Notes: generated by a model from the sequence alone, not told the origin. Positions 1 to 14,205 are shown, numbered from the stretch's first letter. The stretch is 64,000 nt of DNA from Eledone cirrhosa (GCA_964016885.1 OZ024762.1:5828001-5892000), one strand, 5' to 3'. A program made the numbers and translations.

Positions 1-33
1 CTAGACATACATGCACAAAATAGAGTTTCAGGT

Positions 34-369
34 ATCATCATCATCATTTTACGTCCGCTTTTCCCTGCTTGCAAGGGTGGGATGGGAACTGATTCTGGCT
101 TGATTTCTACAGCTGGATGCCCTTCCTAACACCAACCTCATTTACAGTGAGTGCCGGGTGCTTTTTTGCCGTGGCACCTCCACGACCATTTTGCAGTGGA
201 ATGATAGGGACTGGGGTCCCTATCATCTCATTTCTACAGCTGAGTAAACTGGAGCAATGTGAAATGAAGTGTCTTGATCAAGGAAACAACACATTACCCT
301 GTCTGAGAATTGAACTCACAACCTTTCGATTGCAAGGCCAATGCTCTAACCACTAAGCCATCTGCCTCC
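34..369 (-). mobile_element. tRNA-derived CORE-SINE (family A), full length, with RTE-type tail
   Basis: Minus strand has A box TGGCTTAGTGG, B box GAGTTCAATTC, a CORE-like segment CCTTGATCAAGACACTTCATTTCACATTGCTCCAGTTTACTCAGCTGTAGAAATGAG resembling the MIR core, and a (GAT)n tail. Near-identical copies at 3047, 6647, 16446 and 36813. Confidence 0.85.
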
Positions 370-537
370 ACATATGTACATAGAAATAGATACACATACA
401 TAGATATACACATATATATACACAACACAGAGAAAATATACATACATATATATATATATATATGTATATTTGTATATATATGTTGTGTATATATGTATAT
501 ATATATATATATGTTGTGTATATATGTATATATATGT

Positions 538-575
<38 letters not shown>

Positions 576-650
576 CACAACACAGAAAATATACATACAT
601 ATATATATATACACAACACAGAAAATATACATACATATATATATATATAC

Positions 651-681
<31 letters not shown>

Positions 682-1504
682 TACATACATACATATATAT
701 ATATACACAACAGAGAAAATATATATATGCATACATACATACATACATACACACACACATACATATAGACATACACACAGACACACATACATATACACTG
801 ACACACAATACTGGTATCTGAATTAGTTATACAATATCAGCTTCCATGAGGTTATCTGATACCTTAATACACAGATAGACGCATATATATATATACACAC
901 ATACATACACACACATACAGATAGACACATATAGATACATACACCTACACGCATACAGAAAGACACAGATAAACACACATTTACAGAGAAATACAAAGAT
1001 ACACATATATACAAATATATGCAGCAACACTTATAAAAATACACACCTACAGATAGACACATATCGATACACACACACACACACACACACACAGCTACAT
1101 ACACCTACATAGACACATATCGATACACACACACACCTACATAGACACAGCTACACACACACACACACACACAGCTACATACACCTACATAGACACAGCT
1201 ACATACACCTACATAGACACAGCTACACACACAGCTACATAGACACAGCTACACACACACACACACACAGCTACATAGACACAGCTACACACACACACAC
1301 ACACAGCTACATACACCTACATAGACACAGCTACATACACCTACATAGACACAGCTACACACACACACACACAGCTACATAGACACAGCTACACACACAC
1401 ACACACACACAGCTACATACACCTACATAGACACAGCTACACACACACACACACAGCTACATACACCTACATAGACACAGCTACACACAGCTACATAGAC
1501 ACAG

Positions 1505-1540
<36 letters not shown>

Positions 1541-1564
1541 CTACATACACCTACATAGACACAG

Positions 1565-1595
<31 letters not shown>

Positions 1596-1780
1596 GCTAC
1601 ATACACCTACATAGACACAGCTACACACACACACACACACACAGCTACATACACCTACATAGACACAGCTACACACACACACACAGCTACATACACCTAC
1701 ATAGACACAGCTACACACACACACAGATAAACAGCTATACATACACCTACACACAGATACACACCTACACACCTACATAT
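370..1780. repeat. Compound TA/CA microsatellite and ACACAGCTACATACACCTACATAGAC-type minisatellite
   Basis: Directly visible tandem low-complexity repeats. Confidence 0.95.
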
Positions 1781-2247
1781 GGTATGGTTAAAAAAGAACT
1801 CAACAATACATAAGCTAAAATAGAAGGAAGCAGCACCTGTTGGTGAAGGTGAAGCAGTAATTTAAGCTCTTGTTCTGATGTCCCCAAAGTAGGTCGATGT
1901 CCCCAAAGTAGGTCAATGTGCCCACACATACTGATGACCTCTGGTCAACACTTTGTCATTTTCTTTAGTTTCAAAATCTGGTGTCACCCAGTCTGGAGAA
2001 GGGAGTCATTTGCATGTTTATCAGAAATTAACCAGCTCCTACACACATTCTGCTCTTGTTTCTCTAAGGGGACATCACACAGGGTTGTTCTAGCAAGTAG
2101 AGAGATGTAGCACCTGGGCCCTCTCGACAAAGGCCCAACAGCAACTCTTCCATTGGTACTTCAACAACTCACAGTCCATTACCTCATTGCCTGAACAACA
2201 CAACCTGGATATATATATATATTATACATTATATATATATATATATA

Positions 2248-2440
2248 GGGCGGTGGATTGGCAGTATTGGTAGAGGGTCGGAGGCCATGCTTTGACGTAT
2301 AGAGTTACGGCCCTTGCCATTCTGAGTTCAAATCCCGCCGAGGTTAACTTTGCCTTTCATCCTTACGGGGTCGATAAAATAAAGTACCAGTAATGCACTG
2401 GCTATTTGCTGGCCTTGTGCCTAACGTAGAAACAATTATA
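2248..2440 (+). mobile_element. tRNA-derived SINE (family B), central domain AACTTTGCCTTTCATCCTTACGGGGTCGATAAAATAAAGTACCAG
   Basis: A box TGGCAGTATTGG, B box GAGTTCAAATCC. More than 10 related copies in the window. The central domain resembles the Deu/Nin-type SINE domain (from recollection, not verified). Confidence 0.8.
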
Positions 2441-2454
2441 ATATATATATATAT

Positions 2455-2640
2455 TATACTTTGGGAGGATCATGTTGCCAATAAGAAACACACGCACCAG
2501 TTGCTTTCACTTCAATTTATTATAATAAATTTATAAATTTAGGAATTTACAAATTTCTGGTTGGTTGGTTGGTTCCACAACCAGATAGTTGTTTATATAT
2601 TGTCAAAGTTCTTTCGTCACACATTCTGTGACCTCTTCAT
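2455..2640 (-). mobile_element. Penelope pseudo-LTR-like fragment (copy of 48878-49140), hammerhead motif truncated
   Basis: Near identity to 48878-49065, ending at ...TGAAGAGGTCACAGAATGTGTGACGAAAG on the minus strand. Confidence 0.6.
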
Positions 2641-3046
2641 TATAATAAATGTTCGGTGAATCCATATATACGTACATATATATATGTGTGCATGTATAAT
2701 ATATATATACATACTACTGTGCGTCTGTATACATATATGTATGTACGTATATATACTTATATTTAAGTAACAGCTGTACTAAGAGTGGGAAATGAAATTT
2801 TGTTTCATTTTTTCCGTCTATCGTTTTTGGTACACCCGGCCGATTAACCCACTCAATATGCAAATTGAGCTACTCAGTCGTTAATATGCATAAGGAAAGT
2901 ATATACTTTCAGACGTTCAACAATCTGGCAGGAAGGTATATGTTGCTGACGATAGAGTAGGTGTCACAGCATGTGGCATCCCAGATGAGGGGGCCTACCC
3001 CATAGAAGGGGAAGATTGAGATGTATCTTATTGTAGAATTTCATCT

Positions 3047-3439
3047 GGAGGCACATGGCTTAGTGGTTAGAGCATTGGGCTTGCAATCAAAAGGTTGTGA
3101 GTTCAATTCTCAGACCGAGTGATGTATTGTTTCCTTGAGCAAGACACTTTATTTCACATTGCTCCAGTTTACTCAGCTGTAGAAATGAGATGATAAGGAC
3201 TGGGGTCCCTATCATTCCACTGTAAAGTGGTCGTGGAGGTGCCACAGCAAAAAAAAAGCACCCAGCAGTCACTGTGAAGTGGACGTGTAGGCGCCACGGA
3301 AAAAAAGTACCCAGCACTCACTGTAAATGAGGTTGGTGTTAGGAAGGGCATCCAGCTGTAGAAATCAAGTCAGAATCAGTTCACATCCCACCCTTGCAAG
3401 CAGAGGGAAAAGGGGACGTAAAATGATGATGATGATGAT
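3047..3439 (+). mobile_element. CORE-SINE family A, full length with an internal duplication
   Basis: Same head, core and tail as 34-369. The AAAGCACCCAGCA...CACTGT segment occurs twice. Confidence 0.85.
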
Positions 3440-3659
3440 TCACAGGATCATCAGAAAAGGTTTCCCTGATGGGGCCCCAAGTTTGTAGACCTCCGCAACG
3501 AGGGCCCTGGAAACTGGTGTCTAATACATGATAGTGGTTATATCTAATGACTGGTGTAGTAGTATAATTGCTCAGGTGGTGGCTCGGTTGTTTACCCCTA
3601 CCTTTACATTTTCTTTAATATTGCAACAATAAAAGAATACATTTATAATGTTGTCTAAG

Positions 3660-5095
3660 CATTTGTAATGTTATTTATGTATATATTTAAAACATATTTG
3701 TTATGTTTTAAATATATACATAAATAACATATTTGTTATGTTATTTATGTAGATATTTAAAACATATTTGTTATGTTTTAAATATATACATAAATAACAT
3801 ATTTGTTATGTTATTTATGTAGATATTTAAAACATTTGTTATGTTATTTATGTAGATATTTAAAACATTTGTTATGTTATTTATGAATATATTTAAAACA
3901 TATTTGTTATGTTATTTATGTATATATTTAAAACATATTTGTTATGTTATTTATGTATATATTTAAAACATTTGTTATGTTATTTATGTAGATATTTAAA
4001 ACATTTGTTATGTTATTTATGTAGATATTTAAAACATATCTGTTATGTTATTTATGTAGATATTTAAAACATATTTGTTATGTTATTTATGTATATATTT
4101 AAAACATTTGTTATGTTATTTATGTATATATTTAAAACATATTTGTTATGTTATTTATGTATATATTTAAAACATATTTGTTATGTTATTTATGTATATA
4201 TTTAAAACATATTTATTATGTTATTTATGTATATATTTAAAACATATTTGTTGTTATTTATGTATATATTTAAAACATATTTGTTATGTTATTTATGTAT
4301 ATATTTAAAACATATTTGAAATGTTATTTATGTATATATTTAAAACAAATTTGTAATGTTATTTATGTATATATTTAAAACATATTTGTTATGTTATTTA
4401 TGTATATATTTAAAACATTTGTTATGTTATTTATGTAGATATTTAAAACATTTGTTATGTTATTTATGTAGATATTTAAAACATATCTGTTATGTTATTT
4501 ATGTAGATATTTAAAACATATTTGTTATGTTATTTATGTATATATTTAAAACATTTGTTATGTTATTTATGTATATATTTAAAACATATTTGTTATGTTA
4601 TTTATGTATATATTTAAAACATATTTGTTATGTTATTTATGTATATATTTAAAACATATTTGAAATGTTATTTATGTATATATTTAAAACATATTTGTAA
4701 TGTTATTTATGTATATATTTAAAACATATTTGTTATGTTATTTATGTATATATTTAAAAAATATTTGTTATGTTATTTATGTATATATTTAAAACATATT
4801 TGTTATGTTATTTATGTATATATTTAAAACATATTTGTTATGTTATTTATGTATATATTTAAAACATATTTGTTATGTTATTTATGTATATATTTAAAAC
4901 ATATTTGTTATGTTATTTATGTATATATTTAAAACATATTTGTTATGTTATTTATGTATATATTTAAAACATATTTGTTATGTTATTTATGTATATATTT
5001 AAAACATATTTGTTATGTTATTTATGTATATATTTAAAACATATTTGTTATGTACTTTATGTATATATTTAAAACATAGTTGTTATGTTATGCCG
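3660..5095. repeat. AT-rich minisatellite, 35-bp unit (33-bp variants), about 40 copies
   Basis: Unit AAAACATATTTGTTATGTTATTTATGTATATATTT, period 35 (e.g. 4791 to 4826). Confidence 0.95.
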
Positions 5096-5204
5096 CTGTA
5101 AATTTATTTATATGCTCTGTTTATATTTTCATTCTGAAAGAATTGCAAACAGTTTATTTATATGCTGTGTAAAATAAACATTTTTACATTTATTTATATA
5201 TTAT

Positions 5205-6060
5205 CCAGACGGATGGAACAGGTAATATATATTATCATTAGAATTAACTGCTACAAGGAAAAAGATGATGAACTAGAAAAAAGAAACTGCAGAGATATAA
5301 AACTGATAAACTGATGAACCAAGTGATGAAAGTGGTAGACAGAGTGTCAGGCCAACTAATTAGGGAAAGGGTAAAATTAGACAAGATACAGTTTGGTTTT
5401 GTGCAAGGGAAGAGCACTATAGAAGCCCTCTTCTTGGTGAGACAATTACATGAAAAGTTCCTAAGTGTAATCTGCTCTGTCTAGCTTTTGTTGATTTAGA
5501 GAAAGTCTTTGACAGAGTACCACGATCTGTTATCTAGTGGTCCTTAAGGAAACTAGGTGTAGATGGGTGGTTTGTGAGAGCAGTGCAAGCCATGTACAGA
5601 GGAGCTGTCAGTTAAGTGAAACTTAGTTTAGAGAAGAATTCTATGTACAAGTAGGTATTCATCATAGCTCAGTCCACAGCCCACTCCTGTTTATTATAGT
5701 TGTACAGGCCATAACAAAAGAGTTGAAGACAGGCTGTCCACGGGAACCTCTGTATGCTGATGACCTGGTCCTTATTACTGCATCTGTGGAAGAGCTTGAG
5801 AAGAAATTCCTACTGTAGAAACAGAATTTAGGGTCAAAAGGACTCAGAGTAAACTAAGCAAAGACCAAAGTTTTACTAAGTAGGAAAGAAGACAGGATTC
5901 TGGTCCCATCAAGAAAGTGGCCTTGCTCAATATGTAGAAAAGGAGTAGGTAGAAGCTTCATATAATGTACTCAATGTAAAACATGGGTAAACAAGGGGTG
6001 TATAAGGGGTGTACAAGGGATAAACAGGGATGTAGTGGGATAGCAGGCAACTTGGATGTT
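5205..6060 (+). mobile_element. Decayed RTE-clade LINE reverse transcriptase fragment
   Basis: QFGFVQG, FVDLEKVFDRVP, LYADDLVL and WPCSICRKGVG motifs interrupted by stops. Confidence 0.85.
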
Positions 6061-6646
6061 TTCTTCATTCCATATTCAAGTTTGTTTGCTGTAAGAGTAC
6101 ATTGGTGTTGTAGTTGTTGTTGGTGATGTTGGTGGTAGTGGTGGTGGTGTTATTGGTGATGGTGGTGTTGGTGGTGGTGGTTTTGTTGGTGATGGTGTTG
6201 TTCTTGGTGATGGCTCCTACAGAAAACCAAGCCATACCAGACCTCCATCCCCCTTTCTCACCTTTAATCAAACAAGAAAGGAACACCCAGTTGCTATAGC
6301 AACACACTGATAGATCAATATTATCTGTTGCTAAACATTCTTTAGATTAAAATACCTGAATGGAGTTTGGTTTATTTGTTGTTATTATTATTGTTGCTGT
6401 TGTTACTACTGTTTGTTGTTATTATTGCTGTTATTACTATTGTTGCTGTTATTATTACTGTTATTACAGTTATTATTACAGTTATTACTGTTGTTGTTAT
6501 TACTGTTGTTTATTATTCAAGAGTTTATGTTCTCAGTTCCAATTCCACAAGTGTTGGTTTTGCTTTTCACCCTTTTGAGGTCAATAAAATAAAAGTACCA
6601 GTTAAATACTGGGGTTGATTCTTCTATATCTCTCTCTTTCTCACTT

Positions 6647-6916
6647 CCGGGTGATGTGTTGTTTCCTTGAGCAAGACACTTTATTTCACATTGCTCCAGT
6701 TTACTCAGCTGTAGAAATGAGATGATAGGGACTGGGGTCCCTATCATTCCACTGCAAAGTGGTCGTGGAGGTGCCACGGCAAAAAAAGCACCCAGCACTC
6801 ACTGTAAATGAGGTTGGTGTTAGGAAGGGCATCCAGCTGTAGAAATCAAGCCCGTCCCACCCTTGCAAGCAGGGAAAAAAGTGGACTTAAAACGAAATGA
6901 TGATGATGATGATGAA
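6647..6916 (+). mobile_element. CORE-SINE family A, 5'-truncated
   Basis: Core, hairpin and (GAT)n tail match the other copies. Confidence 0.85.
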
Positions 6917-8545
6917 TGGGATAGAGATAGTTTGCCCAAAAATGATCCAACAGAGGGACCAGATGTGCAAGTTAATGGCAGTATAGTAAGTAAAGCAATC
7001 AAAGATATGAAGACAGGCAAGGCAGCTGGACCTTTGAAGATAGTTGCTGAAAGCATCTGGAATGGTGGGACACATAGTCACAAGGGTAGTAAACCAAGTA
7101 ATACAAAATGGGGCCATACCAAATGACTGACAAAGCAGCATCATTGTCAACTGCTACAAGAGCAAAGGAGATACTCTAGACAGAGAAAACTATAGAGGCA
7201 TTGAGTTGGTTGACCAGGTCATGAAGGTCACAGAAAGAGTTATCACACAGCTGATTAGGGACCAAGTTAACATTGATGAAATGCAGTTTGGGTTTGTGCC
7301 AGGTAAATGTACCATGGATGCTCTCTTCCTTGTAAACCCCTCTACTTTGCTTTTGTGGACCAGGAGAAAGCCTTTGACAGAGTCCCTCATTCCATTATCT
7401 GGTGAGCTCTTAGAAAACTAGGAGTAGATGAGTGGCTTGTGAAATCTATACAAGCCATGTATAGAAGAACAGTCAGCAAGGTTAGAATTAACAATGACTA
7501 TAGTGAAGACTTTAGTGTGCAGATAGGTGTCCACCAGGACTCTGTCCTTGGTCCTCTCCTGTTTATTAATGTTCTACAGGCTATAACAGAAGAGTTTAAG
7601 ACTGGCTACCCATGGGAATTTCTGTATGAAGATGATCCAATCCTCATAGCTGAACCTATGGCAGACTTAGAGAAGAAATTCCAAACCTGGAAGCATGGCC
7701 TAGAATCAAACGGTCTTAAAGTTAACTTGACAAAGACTAAAGTTCTAGTATGTAGAAAGGAAACAGGGAAATGGCCTTGCTCAGTGTGCAAGAAAGGAGT
7801 TGGTAGAAATTCTATCCTATGTCCCAAGCTATGGATACATAAAAGAAGTATTAAGATCACTGGCAGGCTATTAAAGAACATAGGTTTTATATGCACAGGT
7901 ACAGTAAGTAGCAAGTGACCAAAGGATACTAGCTCTTTCAAATGCCCAGACGGCTCTGTAGAAATAGTTGACAGTTTCCTGGGTGACAAAATCAGCAGTG
8001 GAGGAGGGTGTTCTGAAAGTACAGTAGCCAGAGTAAGAACAGGATAGAGAAAATTCAGGGAGCTACTACCGATGCTAACTACAAAAGGGTTTTCCCTAAA
8101 ATTGAAGGGCAGATTGTATGATGCATGCATACAAACAGCAATGTTGTATGGTAGTGAAACCTGGGCGCTGAGTGCAGAAAACCTGTGAGGATTGGAAAGA
8201 AATGAAGACTGCATACTCCAATGGATGTGTAATACACGAACGGCAAAGTGTAAATGAACTAAGAGAGAAATTGGGCATAAGAGGAATCAGATGTAGTATG
8301 CTAGAGAAGAGATTGTGTTGGTATGTCCATGTGATGCATATGAAGGATGACAGCTGTATAAAAAAGGTGCAGAGCAATGAAAGTTGATGTGGGGAATGGA
8401 ATAGGAAGATCTGGGATGAGATGATAAAAGCTGACCTTGCAGAATTACATCTCTCAAAGACAATAACACAGAATAGAGATCTTTGGCGTCATGCAGTAAT
8501 ACAGACGACCTGCCTTCCCATGTGCATGGACTGAAACATGTCTAG
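6917..8545 (+). mobile_element. Decayed RTE-clade LINE ORF (RT, Cys-rich insert and C-terminus)
   Basis: MKTGKAAGP, NYRGI, EMQFGFVPGK, GVHQDSVLGPLLF, LYEDD, MLYGSETW and RLCWYVHVMHM, with frameshifts and stops. Confidence 0.9.
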
Positions 8546-9289
8546 TAGGGACCTCTTAACCTTTAAATCTCCTTTCTATACATATCCCATGCCACAACAG
8601 CCACCCAACCACTTCTGTTCATGCTACCCTTACACTGTAAAGTTATGTTGGTATCACAACAAAAAGCACCCACCCCACACTACATTATTGGTATCCTGGT
8701 CACTTCTAAATCTAATAAAAAAAAACTGGATAGTGTGCGTATATATAGCAACGCACATGGTTCCAGAACTTAGCGTGTCTCGCAGACTCACGCCACTAAA
8801 AGTAGAAGTGACCAGGATTTCTAATTTCTTCACCCACTGATGAGCTAGGATTTTGGTATTCCTCTTCACAAATAATATTGCGAAACAGTTCTATCAAAAC
8901 TGTTTGGGTGTTTGGTAGCTACCACAATAATGGTTTGTATTTATTTTCCTTGATTTATTCTTAAATTGAGTCTAGCAAACCCTATTGTCTGTAGGTAGTA
9001 TTTTTTTCACCTTAACGATTTTGGTCCATTACGATTTGAACACATATATATATATATATGTGTTCGTTTTTCTTTTTTGTTCAGATTTACTATAGAGAGA
9101 GAGAGAGAGACATATGTGTGTGTGTGTGTGTGTGTTTAGGTGTGTGAATATACACACGCCCACACAAACAAACATATCCGCCCTCCCCTTTAACGATCAA
9201 CATTAATTGTTTATTAGGTCACATGATAAGTGAGTTGCTGTTTGTGTCTGTGTGTGACTAACTATGCATGTGTGAGTGCATGGGTGGGT

Positions 9290-9720
9290 GGCTAGCTGTA
9301 TGCGTTTGTGTGTGTGTAGTTAGTGTGTGTGTGTGTGTGTGTAGTTAGTGTGTGTGTGTGTAGCCAGCAGTGTGTGTGTGTGTAGCTAGCAGTGTATGTG
9401 TGTGTGTGTGTGTATATGTGTGTGTGAGTGTGTAGCTAGTAGTGTGTGTGTGTGTGGCTAGCAGTGTGTGTGAGTGTGTAGCTAGTAGTGTGTGTGTGTG
9501 TGGCTAGCAGTGTGTGTGTGTAGCTAGTAGTGTGTATGTGTAGCTAGCAGTGTGTACATCTGGCTAACAGTGTGTGTGTGTGTGTGTAGCTAGCAGTGTG
9601 TGTGTGTGTATGTAGCTAGCAGTGTGTATGTGTGTGTGTAGCTAGTAGTGTGTGTGTGTAGCTAGCAGTGTGTGTGTGTGTATGTGTATGTGTGTGTGTG
9701 TAGCTAGTAGTGTGTGTTGT
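9290..9720. repeat. (GT)n / GTAGCTAGCAGT compound repeat
   Basis: Visible tandem repeat. Confidence 0.9.
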
Positions 9721-9764
9721 ATTGACAGTAATACAGGGTGATATCAATAGACATAATAAATATT

Positions 9765-9950
9765 TCTACTTAAAGCACAATAATTTAAGGCCAGTAATTT
9801 TGAGGGGAACATATAGCTGATGGACCCCAGTACAAGACTGGTACTTTATTTTATAGACACCCCCTCCCCCCCAAGAAGGAATTTGAAACGAGAACATAGA
9901 GTTGTAGTGAAATGAAATACCACAATGCTGACCCACTCCCTCAGATAATA
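9765..9950 (-). mobile_element. Diverged SINE family B copy
   Basis: CTGGTACTTTATTTTATAGAC and GGAATTTGAA (reverse B box). Confidence 0.6.
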
Positions 9951-10319
9951 ATACTGATGGCTGTGTCACTTCATTGTCATATACACCACCACCGCCACCA
10001 CCACAATACACCACCACCACCACCACCACCACACACCACCACAATACACCACCACCACCATACACCACCACAATACACCACCACCACCATACACCACCAC
10101 CACCATACACCACCACCACCACCATCATCATCATCATCGTCGTTGTTCTTCTTACATTCATTTCTGCATGCTTGTATAGGTTACATCAGCCCTCTCCCGG
10201 ATCACATTTCTCCACATGTTTCCTTCTTGTCATTTGTAAGGTGGAATTTCTTGAGATCACCTGCCAGCATCTCTCTATAAAGTTAAAACAAATCCTCTCC
10301 GGGATCCCATTTCTTCACA

Positions 10320-10810
10320 AGTGGTAAGGTTGTTGAATTTATGATCGTAATGTCGTGGCTTCGATTCCTCAACACGATTGTGTGTTTTGTACTTGAATGA
10401 AACACTTCATTTCACATTGCTCCAGTATACTCGGCTAAAAATGAGTACCAGCAATAGCTGGGGGTTTGACCCTGTGGTTGACTGGCGTACTGTCCAGGCT
10501 AGGATGTGTGTGTATGGGGGGGAGGGGGGTCTTGTACTGTCATTTAATGCCATGAAACGGATAAGAACCAGTCTGATGAGCTTCCTGGCTCGAAATATAC
10601 TCTGTGTTGTGTTCTTGAGGAAAACACTTCATTTCACATTGCTCCAGTATACTCAGCTAAAAATGAGTACCAGCAATAGCTGGGGGTTTAATCCTGTGAT
10701 GGACTGGTGTCCTGTCCAGTGGGGAGTCTTGTATTGTCAGTCACTTCACACCACAGAAACCAGGATAAACATCAGCCTGATGAGTTTCCAGGTTTGTGAG
10801 AGACTTTTTT
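10320..10810 (+). mobile_element. Two tandem CORE-SINE copies of a second subfamily with a different tail
   Basis: AAACACTTCATTTCACATTGCTCCAGTATACTC(G/A)GCTAAAAATGAGTACCAGC occurs twice. Degenerate tRNA head at 10320. Confidence 0.7.
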
Positions 10811-11478
10811 CTGCTCTCCTTTATCTCATCTCATTTGTGGAATTCAGTTGTTTTTTTATGTCTGCTTTTACCATCTCTGCCCATCTTTCTTGGTCTTCCC
10901 CTTTCATGGCTTCTTTCCTCTAGGAATTCCTGGCAGTTCTTCACCCAACAGTCAACATCATCATCATCATCATCACCACCACCATGTCTGCTTTTCCAGG
11001 CACGTACAGGTTATACAACTTTTTTCCAGTACAACATCTCTCCAATAATTTCTCTCTTTTATCATTTCATTTATGAAATTCAGTTTTTTTAGGTCAGCTT
11101 TTGCCACCCCATGTCTTTCTTAGCTACCTTTCACTTGGAACTCTCTCAACTTCTTCACCCAGCTATCATCATCCATACATATCACCTTCACACCAGAGCA
11201 ACATTCTCTCCAGTTTATTTCACATGATATCTTTTATAGCAGTTTTTCTCTCATCTCATCCAGGCATCATTCATGCATGTCAACATTACACATCCAATAG
11301 AGCATGCTCAAATCCCTTTGTCAATAAACGTAGTAGCTTCCTGAACCTCCCTCTTTTTAATCTAGTTACAACACTGTAGGAGCAACCACTTCCCATACTA
11401 ATTAGGTCACCAGATAACAAGAAATGAACTGGTTGTGTGCTGTAATGGGCATGCCAGCTGTCATTGTTCTGTGTGTGC

Positions 11479-11539
<61 letters not shown>

Positions 11540-11599
11540 AAAGCGGATGTAAAATTATATATATATATATATAATTTTACATCCGCTTTGCCCTGCTTG

Positions 11600-12540
11600 C
11601 AATTTATCCCTCTTATACACAGTTTCTCTCTCAACACATCCATGCTCGGCCGTTCACGCACATTGACATTGCACATCCAACGGAGCATGCTTGCCTCATT
11701 TCTCTCCAGCCGTCGCATATCCTCTGCAGTTGCTGCCCATGTCTCACTACCATGAAGCATCGCGCACCTCACACAGGCATCATATAACCGACCTTTCGTA
11801 CACGGAGAAACCTTTCTTCGTCAGCAGAGGAAGCAGCTCCCTAAACTTCTTCCAACACATCCTTATTCTAGATACTATGGCCTCGGAACACCCCCCCTCC
11901 CATGCTAATCTGATCACCTAGGTACCGGAAACTATCAACCACTTCTATAGCACCCACCTGCATTTGAAAAATGTGTATCACTGCGATTACTACTATCAAA
12001 TTTCCCTGTACATCTACTGCAGTTTTCCCTACCTGTTAGTTTGCCTGCTATCCCACTAAATAATCTCTTATGTACCCAAGATCTGCATTGTGTGCATTTT
12101 ATAGAATTTATGCCAGTTCCTTTCCTACATATCGAACATGGCCATTTCCCTGATGGAATCAAAGTTTTGTCCTCTTTTCTACTCATCAACACTTTTGTCT
12201 TAGCTAGGTTCACTCTGTCCTCTTGCTTCCAACTGCTGTTTCCATAGCCAGAATTTATTCTCTAGCTCCTCTACTGATTCTGCTATAAGAACCAGATCGT
12301 CAGCATAGAGAAGTTCTCATGGGCAGCCAGTCTTTTAACTCCTCTGTCATGGCTTGGAGAACTATAATGAATAAGAGAGGGCTGAGGACCGAACCCTGAT
12401 GTACTCCTACTTGTATCTGGAATTCCTCACTAAACTTCATTCCTACCCTGACTTTACTGACAGCACCCCGGTACAAAGTTTCCACTATCCTCACAAGCCA
12501 TTCCTCAACACCTAGCTTCCTTAGGGACCACCAGATGACC
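11600..12540 (-). mobile_element. RTE-clade LINE fragment
   Basis: GVHQGSVLSPLLF, GKWPCSICRKG...CTQCRSWVHKR, ETWAATAEDMRRLERNEASMLRWMC. Confidence 0.9.
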
Positions 12541-13110
12541 ACAGTTTCCATCGACTTTTAGTGCTCTGCACCTTTTTATGCAACTGTCATCCTTCATACG
12601 CATCACATGTCCATACCAACGCAACCTCCTCTCCTGCACACAACATTTGATTCCTCTTATGCCTAGTCTCTCTCTCAATTCGTTTATGCTTTGCCATTCA
12701 AGTATATTACTATTACACATCCATCGGAGCATGCAAGTTTCATTTCTTTCCAATCTACGCAAGTCTTCTTAACACAACGCCCAGGTCTCACTACAATGTA
12801 GCATTGCTGTTCGTATGCATGCATCATTCAGTCTGCCTTTCATTTTGAGAGAAAAACTTTTGCAGCTAGCAGTGGTAGTAGCTCCCTGAACTTCTTCCAT
12901 CCCATTCTTACCTTGGTTACTGTACTTTCAGAACACCCACCTCTGCTGCTAATATGGTATCCTAGGTAGCAGGAGCTGTCTACTGTTTCTACCGAGCCCT
13001 CCCAGAATTTGGTAGTGCTTGTTTCTTGTGATCGTTTGCTGCTTATTGTTCCAGTGCAACTGCTACATGTAAAGCCTCATTCTTAGCTAAACTTCCTGAG
13101 ATACCACTAC
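12540..13110 (-). mobile_element. Second RTE-clade LINE fragment (C-terminal region)
   Basis: RRLERNETCMLRWMC...RLRWYGHVMRMKDD. Confidence 0.85.
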
Positions 13111-13554
13111 ATATATGTGTATGTGTGTGAGAGTGTGTGTGTATGTTAAGTGAGAAAAAACTCAATTTATGGGAGTATAAACAATATTCTACCTAAACCT
13201 ACTTATATATAGATCTTTCTACCATGGCTTTGTATGGGGAAGAATTATTAATGGAACCACCAGTAAATGAAGAATCCGCCATAATCTTCAGAGTAATTTA
13301 ATTCTTCAAAATGTAAGAGTTTTTGACCAAGAATCATACATACTGTTCCATTTGCTGAGGCAACATGCTGAAATAAAAAAACATTACTTGATCAAAAATC
13401 CCCAAGCATATCAAGACTATATGGCAATCTTATGATGCCGCTAGAAATAGCAGCCAAAAGACCATCTGGTACAACTTGAAAAATTAAGGCAGTTTAATAA
13501 TAATTAAAGGTTAATTAGTCACTAATACTTAAACATCTCAATGAAAGGAATAAT

Positions 13555-13607
<53 letters not shown>

Positions 13608-14020
13608 AATGTAATCTGAGTTTTTGAATATTAATAATAATATTCGATTTGCTTGCAATTATGCAAACAGCCTCTTTAAAGCCATGTCAGTAGAATGAGC
13701 CCCTCATTCTTGCTCTTGTGTTGGCATGTAAACAGAACTGCAGACACTAATGTTTCTGGGTGATTACCCTTCATCAGTACAGTTCACTGTTCACCTGCCA
13801 GAGCTAGTGAAAATATATATCTTCTAATATATACAGTAACTGATCGGCCTGATATGCATATTAGTAGACCGGCTGATAGCCTGATTTGCATATTAGCAGA
13901 CCCACTGATAGCCTGATTTGCATACCAGCAGACAGGCCAGTCAGTTTCATCTATACAAGCGATTAATGGCCGGCTTTGCCACATACAATAAATGTAATCT
14001 GAGTTTTTCAAATATTAATA

Positions 14021-14205
14021 ATTGTTTCTAATTTTTGGCACAAGACCAGCAATTACCCAGTGCATTACTGGTACTTTATTTTATCGACCCCATAAGGATG
14101 AAAGGCAAAGTTAACCTCGGCGGGATTTGAACTCAGAATGGCAAGGGCCGTAACTCTATGCTGGAAAGCATGGCGTCCGACCCTCTACCGATACTGCCAA
14201 TTGTC
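14021..14205 (-). mobile_element. SINE family B
   Basis: Reverse complement of the 2248-2440 type. Confidence 0.8.

Noticed and set aside
294-1772. Y/I/C/V/H/T-rich ORFs here and at 30219-31173, 34195-34867, 36938-37681, 48000-49400, 52500-53280 and 60440-63990
   Set aside because: Translations of TA/CA/TG microsatellites, open in several frames and on both strands.
3047-3120. tRNA genes at SINE heads (also 300-369, 2248, 16446, 36813)
   Set aside because: A/B boxes continue into SINE core and tail, with no proper acceptor stem or terminator.
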